A DNA stretch of 64,000 nucleotides, from contig OX597814.1 of NCBI GenBank assembly GCA_951406725.2, positions 161,200,001-161,264,000 of the forward strand. The letters are read 5' to 3'. This document shows positions 37,542-50,418 of this stretch, piece by piece. A model generated the notes under the pieces. The model was not told the DNA's origin and searched no databases. It saw nothing but the letters and a program-made list of their open reading frames with translations. Every line of letters starts with the position of its first letter. The stretch's first letter is position 1. The stretch comes from Octopus vulgaris. Lineage: Eukaryota. The position numbers were made by a program, and so were the translations under genes.

Positions 37542-39679
37542 TATCCTTTACTTACACTGATTACAAAGCTTTGCCTTCCAGTTTCTATCTTTCTGATCAC
37601 AACGATTAGTTAAAACCTCACACAGTGTATTGTAATAGCAAATCCAATTATATTTCTCTTTTGAAATTTCCAATCCATCACTGTAAGATAATATATCTTG
37701 CATAGTAAGTTGCTATTGATCTTAGTGATTTATTATCTATAATTATTTAGAAATCACAAAGGCATTAGGTACTTTAGCAGAAGAATTAGGACATTTTTGC
37801 TTCTGAGAGAGAGAGAGAGAGACTAATATTTTAGGAAATTAGAAAGGTATATATGCATATGCATATTTGTATACATTTGTCTATAAATTGATGTGTCTGT
37901 GTGTATATATACATATATGTATACTACAGATTTTATATTACATTATATATTTATATATATATATATATAATGTAATATATGGTCTGCAATATACATGTTT
38001 TTATATATGTATACATTTGTATATGAATATATAATATATTTGAGTATATAGACGTGTGTATATATTCATCATCATCATCATCACTTTATACCTGTTTTCC
38101 ATGCTGATATGGGTAGAATAATTTGATAAAATTCAATGGGTCAGAGTAACACGTCTTGCTCCAGTGTCTTATTTTTGCATGGCTCTTCTCACACCAACCA
38201 CTTTACAGAGTGTACTGGGTGCATATTGTGAATGCACAAGCACTATAGAAGTTGCTTTGCTGTTAGCAAGGTGAGAAAGCTCCATCTTTCATCTTGCTAA
38301 CAGCAAAGTCCTGCATTGTCATAACTTGTATTAATCACCAATCACAGAGTGTTACTGGGTAATTTTTGTGGCACCAACACTGTTGAGGTTGCCTTGAAAC
38401 TTGCAAATTGAAAGTGAGCTTCCATGCTGAATGGAACAGATTTATTGTGAGAGGATGGTGATGAAGAGAATAATGTGTTTGGGGTGGGTGTTATGAAAAC
38501 AAAGGAGAAGAGATGGGGAAGAGTAATTTCAAGAATTAGTGTGAAGCAGAGCGGGGACAGAGTAAGTTGAGATGGTGGACTCAGTGATGAGTAGGTGGAT
38601 GGGTTGGATCAGTTTGTTTGCCATGACAGCTTAGGGTGGGCAGTTTATGAAGGTTGGATTTACAAAGGTTTATTGTTGAAAGAGGGTTGTAAGAGACAAA
38701 CTAACAGAGATATTGTTAGGGAAGCTGGTAATAAGGTGGAAAGTATTAGGTGGTTAGTGAGAGTTAGTTAGAATGATAGGTGGGAAGGGTTGAGTAAGAG
38801 AACATATAATGCTACCCCACATTATGTATGGATGGGTAAAGTGATGCATGAAGGAAAAATAAAATAGAAAAGGTTAATAGGTGGTATTAATGAGAGTCAA
38901 AGTGAAAAGGTGGTGGGAGGAAGTGGGGTTGAGTTGGAAGAGATGCAGTGTTACCCTACTTTTTGTATAAGTGGGTAAATTGGTGCATGGAAAAGAGACA
39001 AGATAATGGTGAAGGGCCAGGGTATATCTCAGAGAGTATGCCAAGAGAATCAGGGCGGATGAAGGTTGGTAGAGTGCAATCCCCACTACTCAGGCTTCAT
39101 GATTTGGGAGAAAAGAAGTGAGAGAGGTAGCGGAATATAGGTGATGGGGGTATGAGGAAGGGAGATATCCAGTATGCATAAATCAAGTACTCACCTCTCA
39201 GTCTGGTTGGCGGGGCACAGTGAGCAGAAGAGATGAAGGGCAGATGAGAGGGTACAGAATAGACAGTTGTTAAGAGGATAGATGGTGAGTGAAACATCCT
39301 GCCTTGTTGCTTTCTTGTCTTTCACATGTCTTCTTTGCTGAAAGCCCATGTCTTGCTGCTGTGCAGCAATGCACTTTGCATGCAAGCATAAAAAATTCTT
39401 CTCTTGATCAAGATGGATAAGCACTTTGTTGCTTGCAAAGATAGTAGCTTCCTGAACTTGTTCTTATTCTAGCTACTACTCTTTTGCAACATTCACCTCC
39501 ACTGCTAATTTCGTCACATAAGTAGCAAAAGCTGTCAACTGCTTCTAGAAGCTGATCGCCATTTGAGAGTATCTGTTTCCCAAGCACTCTTATGCTTACT
39601 GTCTCAGTACACCTGCTGCATATGAAATCTATTTTCTCTTTTAACCTGCCTTTGATGACACTACACCTTTTATGTGTCT

Positions 39680-39945
39680 ATTGACTGGCTTCTGTGCCGG
39701 TGGCACGTAAAAAGCACCAACTGATTGGGGCCACTGCCAGCCTCCCCTGGCACCTGTGCCAGTGGTACGTAAAAAGCACCCACTACACTCACGGAGTGGA
39801 ATGGCATCCAGCTGTAGAAACACTGCCAGATCAGACTGGAGCCTGGTGCAGCCTCCTGGCTTCCCAGACCCTGGTCGAACCGTCCAACCCATGCTAGCAT
39901 GGAAAACGGACGTTAGACGACGACGATGATGATGATGATGATGAT
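39680..39945 (+). mobile_element. Young RTE LINE 3' UTR with (GAC/GAT)n tail
   Basis: Nearly identical to 2095-2360. Confidence 0.85.
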
Positions 39946-41420
39946 TGTTTATAATGTACTCACCTTACAGAATTTCTACAAACTTTTTTATTGGAAGATT
40001 ACAGTTATTTCCCTGATGATGAAAGTATTCTGACTTCCTTTGTTTTTGCTCTGTTTACTTTTAAGGACCTCCAATTTCATATTTTTATTTCTTAGTCTGG
40101 AACTTGTAAAATGATGATGATGATAAATATATTTATTATCGTGATGTTATAAACTCACATGAAATTAAATATATCTTCAAATTAGCTTAAAGATTTGAGC
40201 CCAAACACACATGCATGCTTTTTCTCTGTAATGATTCTTACCAGGAGCAGTTTCATTTTTGTTTCTTTGATGCTGTGTTTAATTCGTTTTGTAGTTCAAC
40301 TTACGACACTTGAGATTAATAGCTTTGTGTATTAGTATTTACATTAAACTTTAAAGGCAACAGTTATTCCTGTTTAACATCAAAATGGTAGCCACATGCA
40401 ATAAGTTATTATCTTCCATTTTTGAAATTTTTTCAGTGTTTTATCTGGATTAAATATTTTAAAGATTAATTACAATACTGCAAAGAAAAAATTTGGTTGA
40501 AAGTTAGATTTTGGAGTTAGGTTTAATGTTGGGTAAGAGTTTAGGCTTAGGTTTACACAGAAAGGGAAAATAATTAAAAAAGGTGATTGAACTTCTGAAT
40601 TTTTTTTCCACACAATCATAATCTTCAGTATTTAAAGCAGAAGATTTAAAAAATATTTTCCTAAATAAATGCAAAAGGTACAAGGAAGGGAAATATTTAT
40701 TACAATTCAAACATATATTTTATATCAATATACATTTCATATACCATTTAGTATATACAGTATCTAAATTCAAGCCATTAATTTCATAGTGTGAAAATAC
40801 AATAAACTGACAAGCTTATGAAGCATTTCCTAGCAATCTTTCAAACCTTGTATTCCCAAATTATCTTTCAGATTCAAATATACAATATAGCTGGTCATTT
40901 TTGATAAAAATGAGAAAGGATGCTGTTCTTTGAAAAACACTCCTTTGCTTAATAGCTGGTGTTGAGGGATAAGTAGGGGAGAGTAGATGACAATGGTAGA
41001 AATTTAGGTAGGGTTGTGAAGGGTGGGAGAGTGTCCAATGATACATATGAATTGCTGAGAGGTGGGGGGGGGGGGCAGGAATAGGGAATGACTGGCAGTA
41101 TACAAAAAGGAAGGGTGAAGAGCAGCAGAATAGCAATAATATTACTGTTGAAGGGGATGAGAGAAAGAGAAGAAGATGATGTGTGGTTGTGAGTGATCAA
41201 TGTAAAAAGTGAGTGGCGAGGACAGTATTTAAGAATGAAGGATGGATAACAAGTGACATGGTTCCAGTTAGTAAAAGCTGGGGAAGTATGTTGTTCAGCT
41301 CACATTTAATTACACTAACAGAACTGCAGTTAGTGAGAAGGTCTTGAGGAGGAAACTGGATGGGCAGAGGTATTTTGGTATTGTGTTTGTGTATACACCC
41401 ACATACATACACACTCACAC

Positions 41421-41460
41421 AGTCTGATGATGCTTAGCAGGTTGAAACTTTGAAGTCACT
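41421..41460 (+). ncRNA. Degenerate minimal type I hammerhead ribozyme motif
   Basis: agt-CUGAUGA (41424-41430)-weak stem II-GAAAC (41444-41448)-tt tg aa-GUC (41455-41457)-act. Confidence 0.55.
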
Positions 41461-43338
41461 ATTAATATTTGTCTTGGTAAAGAACAGTGTATTCTACAAA
41501 AAGTATGGAGGAATCCTTCAATTTAATATAAAACTGTTTTCTTTATAACAAGTGGCTGCGCGTGCACACACAGACACACACATGCACATTGTGCTTTCAA
41601 AAACTTAGTTTTGTCAAGATGGGTAGGTTGTCTTGAAAACTGCATACTGCTTGTCATCTTGGTCCTTTGTCATCACCTCCATGAGATTTAAGGCCCTGAG
41701 ATTAACCTTCACCACTTCATCTCATGTCTTCCTGGGTCTCCATCTTTCACAAGTGACTGGCACTTCTTTATACAGCTGTTCTCATCCATATGCAGACTAT
41801 TCAAGTGCAGTTTCCTTTCCTGCACACTGCATATAATTTCTGTTATGCCTAGATTTTCTCAATGTATTTATCCTTTGTCATTAATATACACTTACACTGC
41901 ATTTCCAACAGAACATGCCAGTTTCATTTCTTTTAAGTTTTCTTATTCTCTGCATTCATGACCCATACCTCACAGCTTTGTAGCATCACAGTTCTGTCAC
42001 AAATGTCATACAATCTGCCTCTACCAATGTTAGCATCCCCCTTGTGAAGAATATATTATAAAATGGTTATATTTTAACATAGATAATATATATTTTGTCA
42101 TTTGAAAGTCTACACTTTGAAATAGCATATTTGACAAAGGTGTTTTTGCATTATTGAAAAAGAGTACCTCCTATTCCTCTTGTTTGTTCTTTCTTGTATG
42201 TTAAACTTTGGAATGAGACTTTGAAAAATCGTGTTGCTTGGCTTTGATTGCATATCATTCCCATTAACAAATTAGAGAATAATTGGCAGTAGTTCAGGGC
42301 TCTGACATTGGTTATTTGTTAGGGGAATGTTTTGTTTGCAATCTTTTCAGTTGGGAGCTAAGGCCTCTCAGTAAGAAGCAATAATTTAACCTATTCAAAA
42401 TGAAGGATTTCCAGAAAGTCAACATTGCTGTTGGATCTCTCATAGTAAAAGTTCTTAGTGTTTTATTTTGTTGGTTTTGGCAGGTTGTTGACAGTCTGTA
42501 AATATATTTTAAGATCCATGTGTAGATATATTAACACCAAAGTTGCACTTATGTTCAGAATTTTGAATTGTTTCTTTGTTTGAAGTAAGGTAAAACATCT
42601 TGTTAGTGATTTTCTGCCCATCACAATGTCTCATGGTTTAAAGTTAAAAAAGAAATACATACTTGGTTTTATTACTTCATGAAAAAACAGACAAATTTTT
42701 TTCAGATTAGAGATAAAAATGATTGCGCTAGATACAATCACTAACGATTTTCAGCTCTTCAAATTTTAGCAAAAATATCAAATGCAGCTGGAATTACTTC
42801 CTTTTTCAATGTCAATAAGTGTCACTGCGTTTACTCATGTCAAAAATGAAAAGAAAAAAAAAAAAAGGATAAAGAAAGAGAAGAAAAAAGAATTGCAAAC
42901 AAAACAAGCATGAATAATATGGTTTATGAGTGAGTTGACTGATTGTCAAATATCAACATATTGTAGTCTTTCAGCCTGACCAGTTAGGTGTTTTGTTTGA
43001 TAAGTACTTAAACAGCTGTGTCATCGTCAACTGCAACAATTGGCATTTACAGACCATATAAATAGAAGAACGATTTCTTTTTAAACATAAAATATAAATT
43101 TAAGGCAAACTTTAAAAACTTTTATTGATTGTAGATCATACATAAAAAGATGTTTAAGAGTCCTTTTTGTTTAATCCTATAAAACAGCTCTTATCTAGTA
43201 GAGATGTAAAAATGACTTAATGGCAGGTGTTTCTGTACAACTTTGGCTATCATGTTTATTGGCAAACATGGTAGAATTTTGTGTTTGTTCAATTCTGGTG
43301 ATTTACTTTGTTGCTACTCATGATTTCTTATCTTTCAG

Positions 43339-43398
43339 TGACACCTTGAAGATCACAATATGTATTTAACACCTTTTATCTTGTCTGTCAAACAAAAG
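43339..43398 (+). other. Candidate 60-nt exon (probably UTR)
   Basis: tttcttatctttcag|tgac...caaaag|gtatgt; all frames hit stops from the acceptor; internal ATG gives MYLTPFILSVKQK. Confidence 0.45.
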
Positions 43399-43433
43399 GT
43401 ATGTGTGTCTATACACACACACATGCATGCATA

Positions 43434-43471
<38 letters not shown>

Positions 43472-45854
43472 CAAATTGAGATAGGGGTTGTGAGTATATA
43501 TATTATATATATATATATACAGAGAGAGAGAGAGAGAGAAATAGACATACAGACTGATAGATAGACACATGTTGATTTTGTTATGTATTCACATTATTTG
43601 TAACAGAACTGCCATTGATATTGGTTTACTGGAAGGATTCTTGGAATGTAAAGTAAATCATACTTTGTCTAGGAAGTATATATTGAATTCTGTTGAGTGT
43701 TGTTTGGAGAGGGTATTGACCATGCTATTTGCAAGGAGCTGGTGAGGTAGAGCTGTCATTATAAAAAAGTACAGCATCATAGAAAACAATTCTGTATTTT
43801 AAGTGGTAGGTATTGTTAGTTATTATTATAAGTAGGTATTATAAGTGGTCGGATATATTTCTGTGTTTATGTTTGTTTTAATGAGTTGTCTGATACTCAT
43901 ATCAATGAAAATAGCATTCAGCATTTAGTGAATTTTGTGGTAATATTTTTACTTATATTTCGAGGGGGCCCAACTTAGCTTTCCAAAACATTCAGTCTCT
44001 CTACTCCAATATTATAAGTACAGTTTTTCTAGTTAATTTACCTCCTTTGACTTACTTCCTATTTCTCTCTTTCTCTCTCTCTCACACGCATATACAATTG
44101 ATACTAAGTTGTTAGTAATAGGGATCATGAGTGCTAAATTATTGTTTTATTGCAGCACAGTTGTGAGGTTCAGGTACTGGATTTTTTACTTAGAAATTAT
44201 GATTTCAAACCTTACCATAGCTATGTTATTTACTCTTTGAGAAGACTTTCATGGAAAAATAAATGTATAGCACATGCATGGATCAAGCTAGTTGAGTGCA
44301 TATAGTTTTGGATGACTAGCTCATAAACCTTGAGTTTTACATATCTCAATTTATTTAAGTATAAATATTAGATTATCTGGGAATGTTTTCTGAGAAAGAC
44401 TGATGTTTTGTCTCATACTTTCTTAATGTCAAAAAGCGCAGTGTAGTTGGGTGCTTCATATTCAGAACTACACATAAAGTTATGAGATTTAAAGAAAGAA
44501 ATCAAGAATAAGTGGTGAGAAGAATGAAGCAAAGTGAAAGTTTGCAAGTTCAGAAGAACTATGAATTTGAGCAGCAGTTGAAGCTAAGGCACAGTTGAAG
44601 TTGCCTAAAGAATTGAACATTTCAATAAAAAAAATGGTAAAGTTGGTTTCTGGGTAATATTCTGTTATTGTTTAGTCTCAGGTCAATTATGATCAATAGC
44701 GTTCACCTGTGACCATTCCATCTTTTATTCAGATATAGTGTGTTGAAGACCACTGTATCTTTATTACCTGGGACCAATGTATCCATATTTCTTTTAACAT
44801 GGCCTGAAAATCTAGTTGGTATTTCTAGCCAGTTGTGTGATGATGGAAAGCTTCTTTATAGAATCCAGGTGATGATGTTAGAAGAGATAGAGAGCCCTGC
44901 ATTTCTTGAGTTGCCTCTATTTTGGGAATTGTTCATAGTAAGTAGGTTTATGATGCTGTCTGTTCTCTTGAAAAAAATGTTCTGTTATTAATATCTAGCT
45001 CTAAAAGCTTCATTGGACTATATGAAAGCTGGTATTGACAAAATGTGTAAATCTGGCGGAAACTACTTATTTCTGTAGAGTACAAGATGTCACACTTAAC
45101 AGAGGCAAAGCAGTGAGAGTTGTGATCATCGCTAAATAATTAGTGGTTATTGACTCAAAGAAAGTCAAGCACATGAAGGATATGAGAACTTATTAGTAAA
45201 AGAGTTTTAAGTTTAGATATTTTTTTTTTGTTGCATCAAAAAACTGGTTGTAAAAAGATTGTTAGAACCTTGATGTTATGGTTCCTTCACATAGATGATT
45301 TCAAGAGAAAGGAGAAATAACCCCAGTACTTGATGAGTACTTTATTATCCTTGAAAGGATAAAATGCAAAGTTGGTTTCAGGGGAATTTGAGCTCAATAT
45401 ACAAAGATTTGGAATAAATACAAGGCATTCTTTTCTTGATTCTCTTAATGACTCTACCAGTTGCTGCCTTTTTAAATTTATTACTTTTTACTATAATAAT
45501 TTATTGGAAGTATGTTTGATCAGCTGGTTTGTATGCTGCTAGTTGCTGATGGCTTTACTAATATATCATGAATGTGGGGCATTTTCAAATTTACTGACAT
45601 GAATATAAAAACTAGGTTAAAAATATGGTAAAATGAGGTGCATCATTAGATAAGGTGTTTTGTCTATCTACTTCAGTGCCTAAGGAAATGTTTCAAAAGA
45701 TTAACTAAACGAAAATATCTAAGATGTGTTCAACATCTAATATCCAATACACCGATACACAGTGTTGCTCAAAAGAAAATGCAAGAAACAGTTATTTTTT
45801 AAATTGTATCATAGAATTTTATTAGTTGTTTGGAGCAATACAGCCAATTCTTAT

Positions 45855-46545
45855 GTTCTGAGTTCAAATTCCAACTTCGCCTTTCATCCTTTCAGGGTCA
45901 ATAAATTAAATACTAGTTGCATACTGTAGTCGATCTAATCGACTGGCCCCACTTCCCAAAAATTTCGGGCCTTGTGCCTAGAGTAGAAAAGAGTATCCTT
46001 TCATCCTTTCAGGATCGATAAATTAAGTACCAGTTGCGTACTAGGGATCGGTCTAATTGACTGGCCCCCTCCCACCAAATTTCGGGCCTTATGCCTTGAG
46101 TAGAGAAGAATATTCGAAGGCGGCGAGCTGGCAGAAACGTTAGCACGCGGGGCGAAATGCTTAGCGGTATTTCATCTGCCGCTACGTTCTGAGTTCAAAT
46201 TCCGTCGAGGTTGACTTTGCCTTTCATCCTTTTGGGGTCGATTAAATAAGTACCAGTTACGCACTGGGGTCGATATAATAGACTTAATCCGTTTGTTTGT
46301 CCCCTCTATGTTTAGCTCCTTGTGGGCAATAAAGTAATGAGAAACGTTAGCACGCTGGGCGAAATGCGTAGCCGTATTTCGTCTGCCGTTACGTTCTGAG
46401 TTCAAATTCCGCCGAGGTTGACTTTGCCTTTCATCCTTTCAGGGTCGATAAATTAAGTACCAGTTGCGTACTGGAGTCGATCTAATCGACTGGCCCCCTT
46501 CCTCCAAAATTTCGGGCTTTGTGCCTAGAGTAGAAAAGAAAAGAA
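45855..46545 (+). mobile_element. Head-to-tail cluster of four family A SINE units
   Basis: Units at ~45855, ~45997, 46119 and ~46340 each contain cctttcatcctttYRgg; two different 3' tails. Confidence 0.9.
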
Positions 46546-48152
46546 TACAGCTAATTCTGAAATAGTTAAAAATTTCTTTTCGAATTAAATCATAGGAGTA
46601 AATAAGAATGGGAAATGATTATATTTAAACTTTCCTTTTCATTGTATACTATTATTATTATTATGTAGGTAGAATAAAATAATAGTGGGACTATTATAAT
46701 TGCAAAATCAAGTAACGATAAGTTTTTTTATGAATGTAAAACAAATTTTAAAATGATTGTAAAATATCTCTGCATTGGCAAGTTTTATTTAATTTTACTT
46801 TACTCATCTCTTAACTCGTAAATATTCTGGAAAGCAGGGAAGTTATGTAGCCAGAAACACGTCCCTTTGACTATGTAACTATGTAAACTGCCAATATTGT
46901 CCCCTTTCCACATTTTTTTTTAAAGAAATGTCATCCACTTAAACCTCATCGTACTTCGTTAATAAACGATGCACGAAAAGAATACCCGTTAAAAGATCAC
47001 TCTATAAATTGTGTAGATATCTTCCCAGTTATTCGTGTTTTAATTTTAATTGTTTCGTTAATATTTATCAACATTATCAGTTGATTAGAAGTTATTTTTC
47101 CTCACCTAGGTTTCGGTTTCGTAAATATTTACCTAAATGCCCACTTTTTTTCTTGTTTATTCTGTATTTTCCATTACCCACTCGTAAAACGTTCTCAGGT
47201 GTACATGATTAGATGTATGAAGTTTTATCAAGTTGTTCGCATTACCTTTTTTCGGTGCTTGTATAATTCGTATCTCAAGTGAGTAATTAATTATATTTTT
47301 CGTAGTATTAATTAATATTGTTTTTTATCGAATTAGTCAATGTCTTATTTTTTCTTGCTATTTTGTAAATATTTCAAGCTAAATGTTGAGACCTTACTTG
47401 GGAAAGCAATTATTATTTCATGAACATGTTTTCTCCTAAGTTTTAAAATTCGGCTTGATTCGTTGCATGATTAAATATATCGGCGAATATATCTACTTTG
47501 GATAAGATAAGTGAAAATTCGTTCGATCGTAACTGTAAACTAGTATATTTAATCTATTCACCTCATTAAAATATCTATTTTGTTATTACTTAATTGCTCA
47601 TAAATATTTATTTTATAAGCCAAGCACACACACAAGGAATTCTCTCTATCTCCCCTCCTTTTTCTCAATTACGCGCGCGCACACTAACTCCTTTTTCCTG
47701 CTTGTCTGAACGTCTCATATAGTTGCTCCAGGCAAAACTAGATTTGACCCTGACTTATTTTTTATGTTAATTTTAATTCCCATACTAACACTCCGTGTTT
47801 TTTTGTGTGTGCTTTAAATTTCAGCAATATACTATTTCTTTCCTTTTCTCTGTCCTGAGATCAGAGGTATTCCAGCTGTGACTATCCTGCCTTTTTAGAG
47901 AGATGTAGGATTACATTATCTACATAATGTCTTTTTTTTGTTGTTTAAAAGAGAAGGATGTGATTTAAGGGAAATTTGGCTGTTATTTGTAGTTTGGTGA
48001 ACGACCATGTAGAGCTTCCCTAGTTGGTTCGTTAGCCTTTTTTTTTTTAATTTACAAAAGGGTGCAAGCGGCTGATGGTTGAATCAACAGGTCGGACTTC
48101 CAGCGGTAGCAGGGGTGATGATTCTATCTCGTTACCAGTACTAAACTCTTAC

Positions 48153-48230
48153 CGTGGAAAAAGCGCAGCCCACCTTGTTAGATGTAGACACAGATCCACG
48201 ATGTATGCAGTGTAATTTTCAACAGAAGAA
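48153..48230 (-). other. Candidate 78-nt exon
   Basis: gatttcag|ttcttc...ccacg|gtaaga; length is a multiple of 3; one open frame SSVENYTAYIVDLCLHLTRWAALFP (not recognised). Confidence 0.35.
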
Positions 48231-48329
48231 CTGAAATCTATGAATTTTATTTCAAAATATTCTGAGACTAGCAAAATTACCAAAATTCAATATTATATTA
48301 ACCGTCAATAATTATATTATATATTTTTT

Positions 48330-48640
48330 TGTGTCGGTCATTAGACTGCGACCATGCTGGGGTACCGCCTTGGAGAATTTTTTAATCGAATGAATTGATC
48401 CCATCACTTATTATTTTAAGCCCCGTACTTATTCTATCGATCTGTTTTGCCGAACTGTTAAATTACAGGTACGGAAACACATCAGCACCGGTTGTCAAGC
48501 GGTGGAAGGGGGAAACACTGACACAAAGACACGCACGCACACACAACGGAGTTCTTTCAGTTTCTGTCTACAAAATCTACTCACGAAGCTCTAGTCAGCC
48601 TGAGGCAATAGTAGACGACAATTGCCCAAGATATCACGCC
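48330..48640 (-). mobile_element. Family B SINE
   Basis: Reverse complement of the family B body/tail (tttcagtttctgtctac; gtacttattctatcg). Confidence 0.75.
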
Positions 48641-50198
48641 TGTATTATTTAAAAATAATTTGCAGGAAGCTGCTTAAATTCCATCAAAGCCTTCAATCTA
48701 ACACACCAACTAGGGAACCTCAACATGGTCATTCACCAAACTACAAATAACAGCCAAATTTCCCTCAAATCATATCCTTCTCTTTTAAACAAAGAAAGAC
48801 TTTATGTAGATAATGTAATCCTTGAGTAACAGTCAACTGGAATCAATTTAACTGACTATATTTTCCCTCTAAATTGTAAAGCATTATGCCAGTGTTAGAA
48901 ATTAAATATTTATTATACTAGAAATATATCTAAGTTATTTAAAATTTTGTTTTAGAGTTAAAATTTTGCATTGATTTTGTATATAATTCTATATACTAGA
49001 AATGGGTAGACGATTGAAGGATTAGTTAAAAAAATAATGGAAGAAAAAAATCCACCTAAGTCTGTACTCAGAGTCTATATAGCATAGATAACAGCAATGA
49101 GGGTGCCTTTCCATGGTTGCATAACCTGCTAAATTTTCTCAAATGACACTATCAAAAAATAAAAGTTGGGGCAGGATACCTTGAATAGTGTAGCAATAGA
49201 TATATAAAAGATGGAATGTTCGTGGTTGAATAGCCTTTGATGATACATTTTCTTGTCAGGATGACATGGGTACCAAACAACACTAATTGTAAAACAATGT
49301 CCAATGATGACAGTGTCACTGAGTAGGAAGAAACTTGTCTTTGAAACCTCACATATTTAGCAACAGAAACTTTCTCACCTATAATTGATTATTTGTGCAG
49401 GATTGGATTCAAATTGGTTATGTTTGTATTATTTTCACAGACATGTGAAATAACAATGTGTCTATTGCAGAGAAGTTGGAAAACTGTATTCAATACAATG
49501 TAACAATAATGTTAAAAAAAAACTGTATTCAATACAATGTAAACAAATGTGGTAACATAAAAACAAAATCTATGTAACATGTGGAAGTCATTGCACATTC
49601 TTAGAATTTAATAGAATTTGGGAATGGACTATTGCTAAAAATGAATGAAATAAGATAAACGTTTGGAAGATGCATCTAAAAAAAAATTGTCAAGATAAGT
49701 ATTGCTAATCTATTTTCTTAGTAGAGCTGGTTTTCTTCAGTATGAGAAAAAAAAATTGTTAAAAATAGAGAAAGCAACCAACAATACCAATGGTTAAACT
49801 GTCTCAGTAACCATTCTCTGGTGGCAAGCAGCAGCTTATTTCTGTTGGCTGGATTTCTTCACAGCAAATTGTACTTGCTTATGGATGAGTGCACTGTTGT
49901 TATTGTAAGAGATGTCAACAGGAATACTGGATGGTGTGAAATCAAAGGACAAAGACAGCTAGAAGCAGATGTCTCTGATATGCTAGCAGAAAAGAGACAG
50001 GATGTGACTCTTATTTATTTTATATTGTAATTAATGAACAATAATAGTTTTGCTTATGTATATCGAATGGGGCAATTACTGGTTCACTGCATTTCAGATG
50101 GTGAGAACAACAAAACAGTATCTTAAACTTGGTGCAGAACAAATATTGCTAAGGGCTTGGTTCATTTTGTTGTAGATGTTTACATCCTTCTCCAATAA

Positions 50199-50418
50199 TT
50201 GTTTCAAACTTTGACACAAAGTCAGCAATTTTAAAGGGAGAAGCCAAGTTAATTACATTGACCCCAGCATTTGACTGGTACTTTATTTTATTGACCCTAA
50301 AAAGATGAAAAAGGAAAGTCAACCTTGGTGAGATTCAAATTCAGAATGTAAAGAGTCAGAAGAAATGCCACTAAGCAATATGTCTGACATGCTAACGTTT
50401 CTGCGAGCTTGCTACCTT
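50199..50418 (-). mobile_element. Family A SINE with degenerate TSD
   Basis: Family A motifs on the minus strand; atccttctccaataat / atccttcttcataataat flanks. Confidence 0.75.

Larger units (their letters stand above)
47907..48822. repeat. Inverted pair of ~125-bp near-identical repeat copies
   Basis: 47907-48035 is the reverse complement of 48698-48822 with few mismatches. Confidence 0.85.

Noticed and set aside
38255-38308. 16-bp-arm hairpin as pre-miRNA
   Set aside because: Short local inverted duplication within a decayed RTE-type UTR; no recognisable mature miRNA.
46119-46210. tRNA-like A/B boxes
   Set aside because: Head of a multi-copy SINE; no intact cloverleaf. No real tRNA or rRNA gene seen in the window.
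48114-48235. C/D snoRNA candidate (GTGATGA...CTGA)
   Set aside because: No terminal stem or recognisable guide; the motifs are common by chance. Same for 36309-36397.
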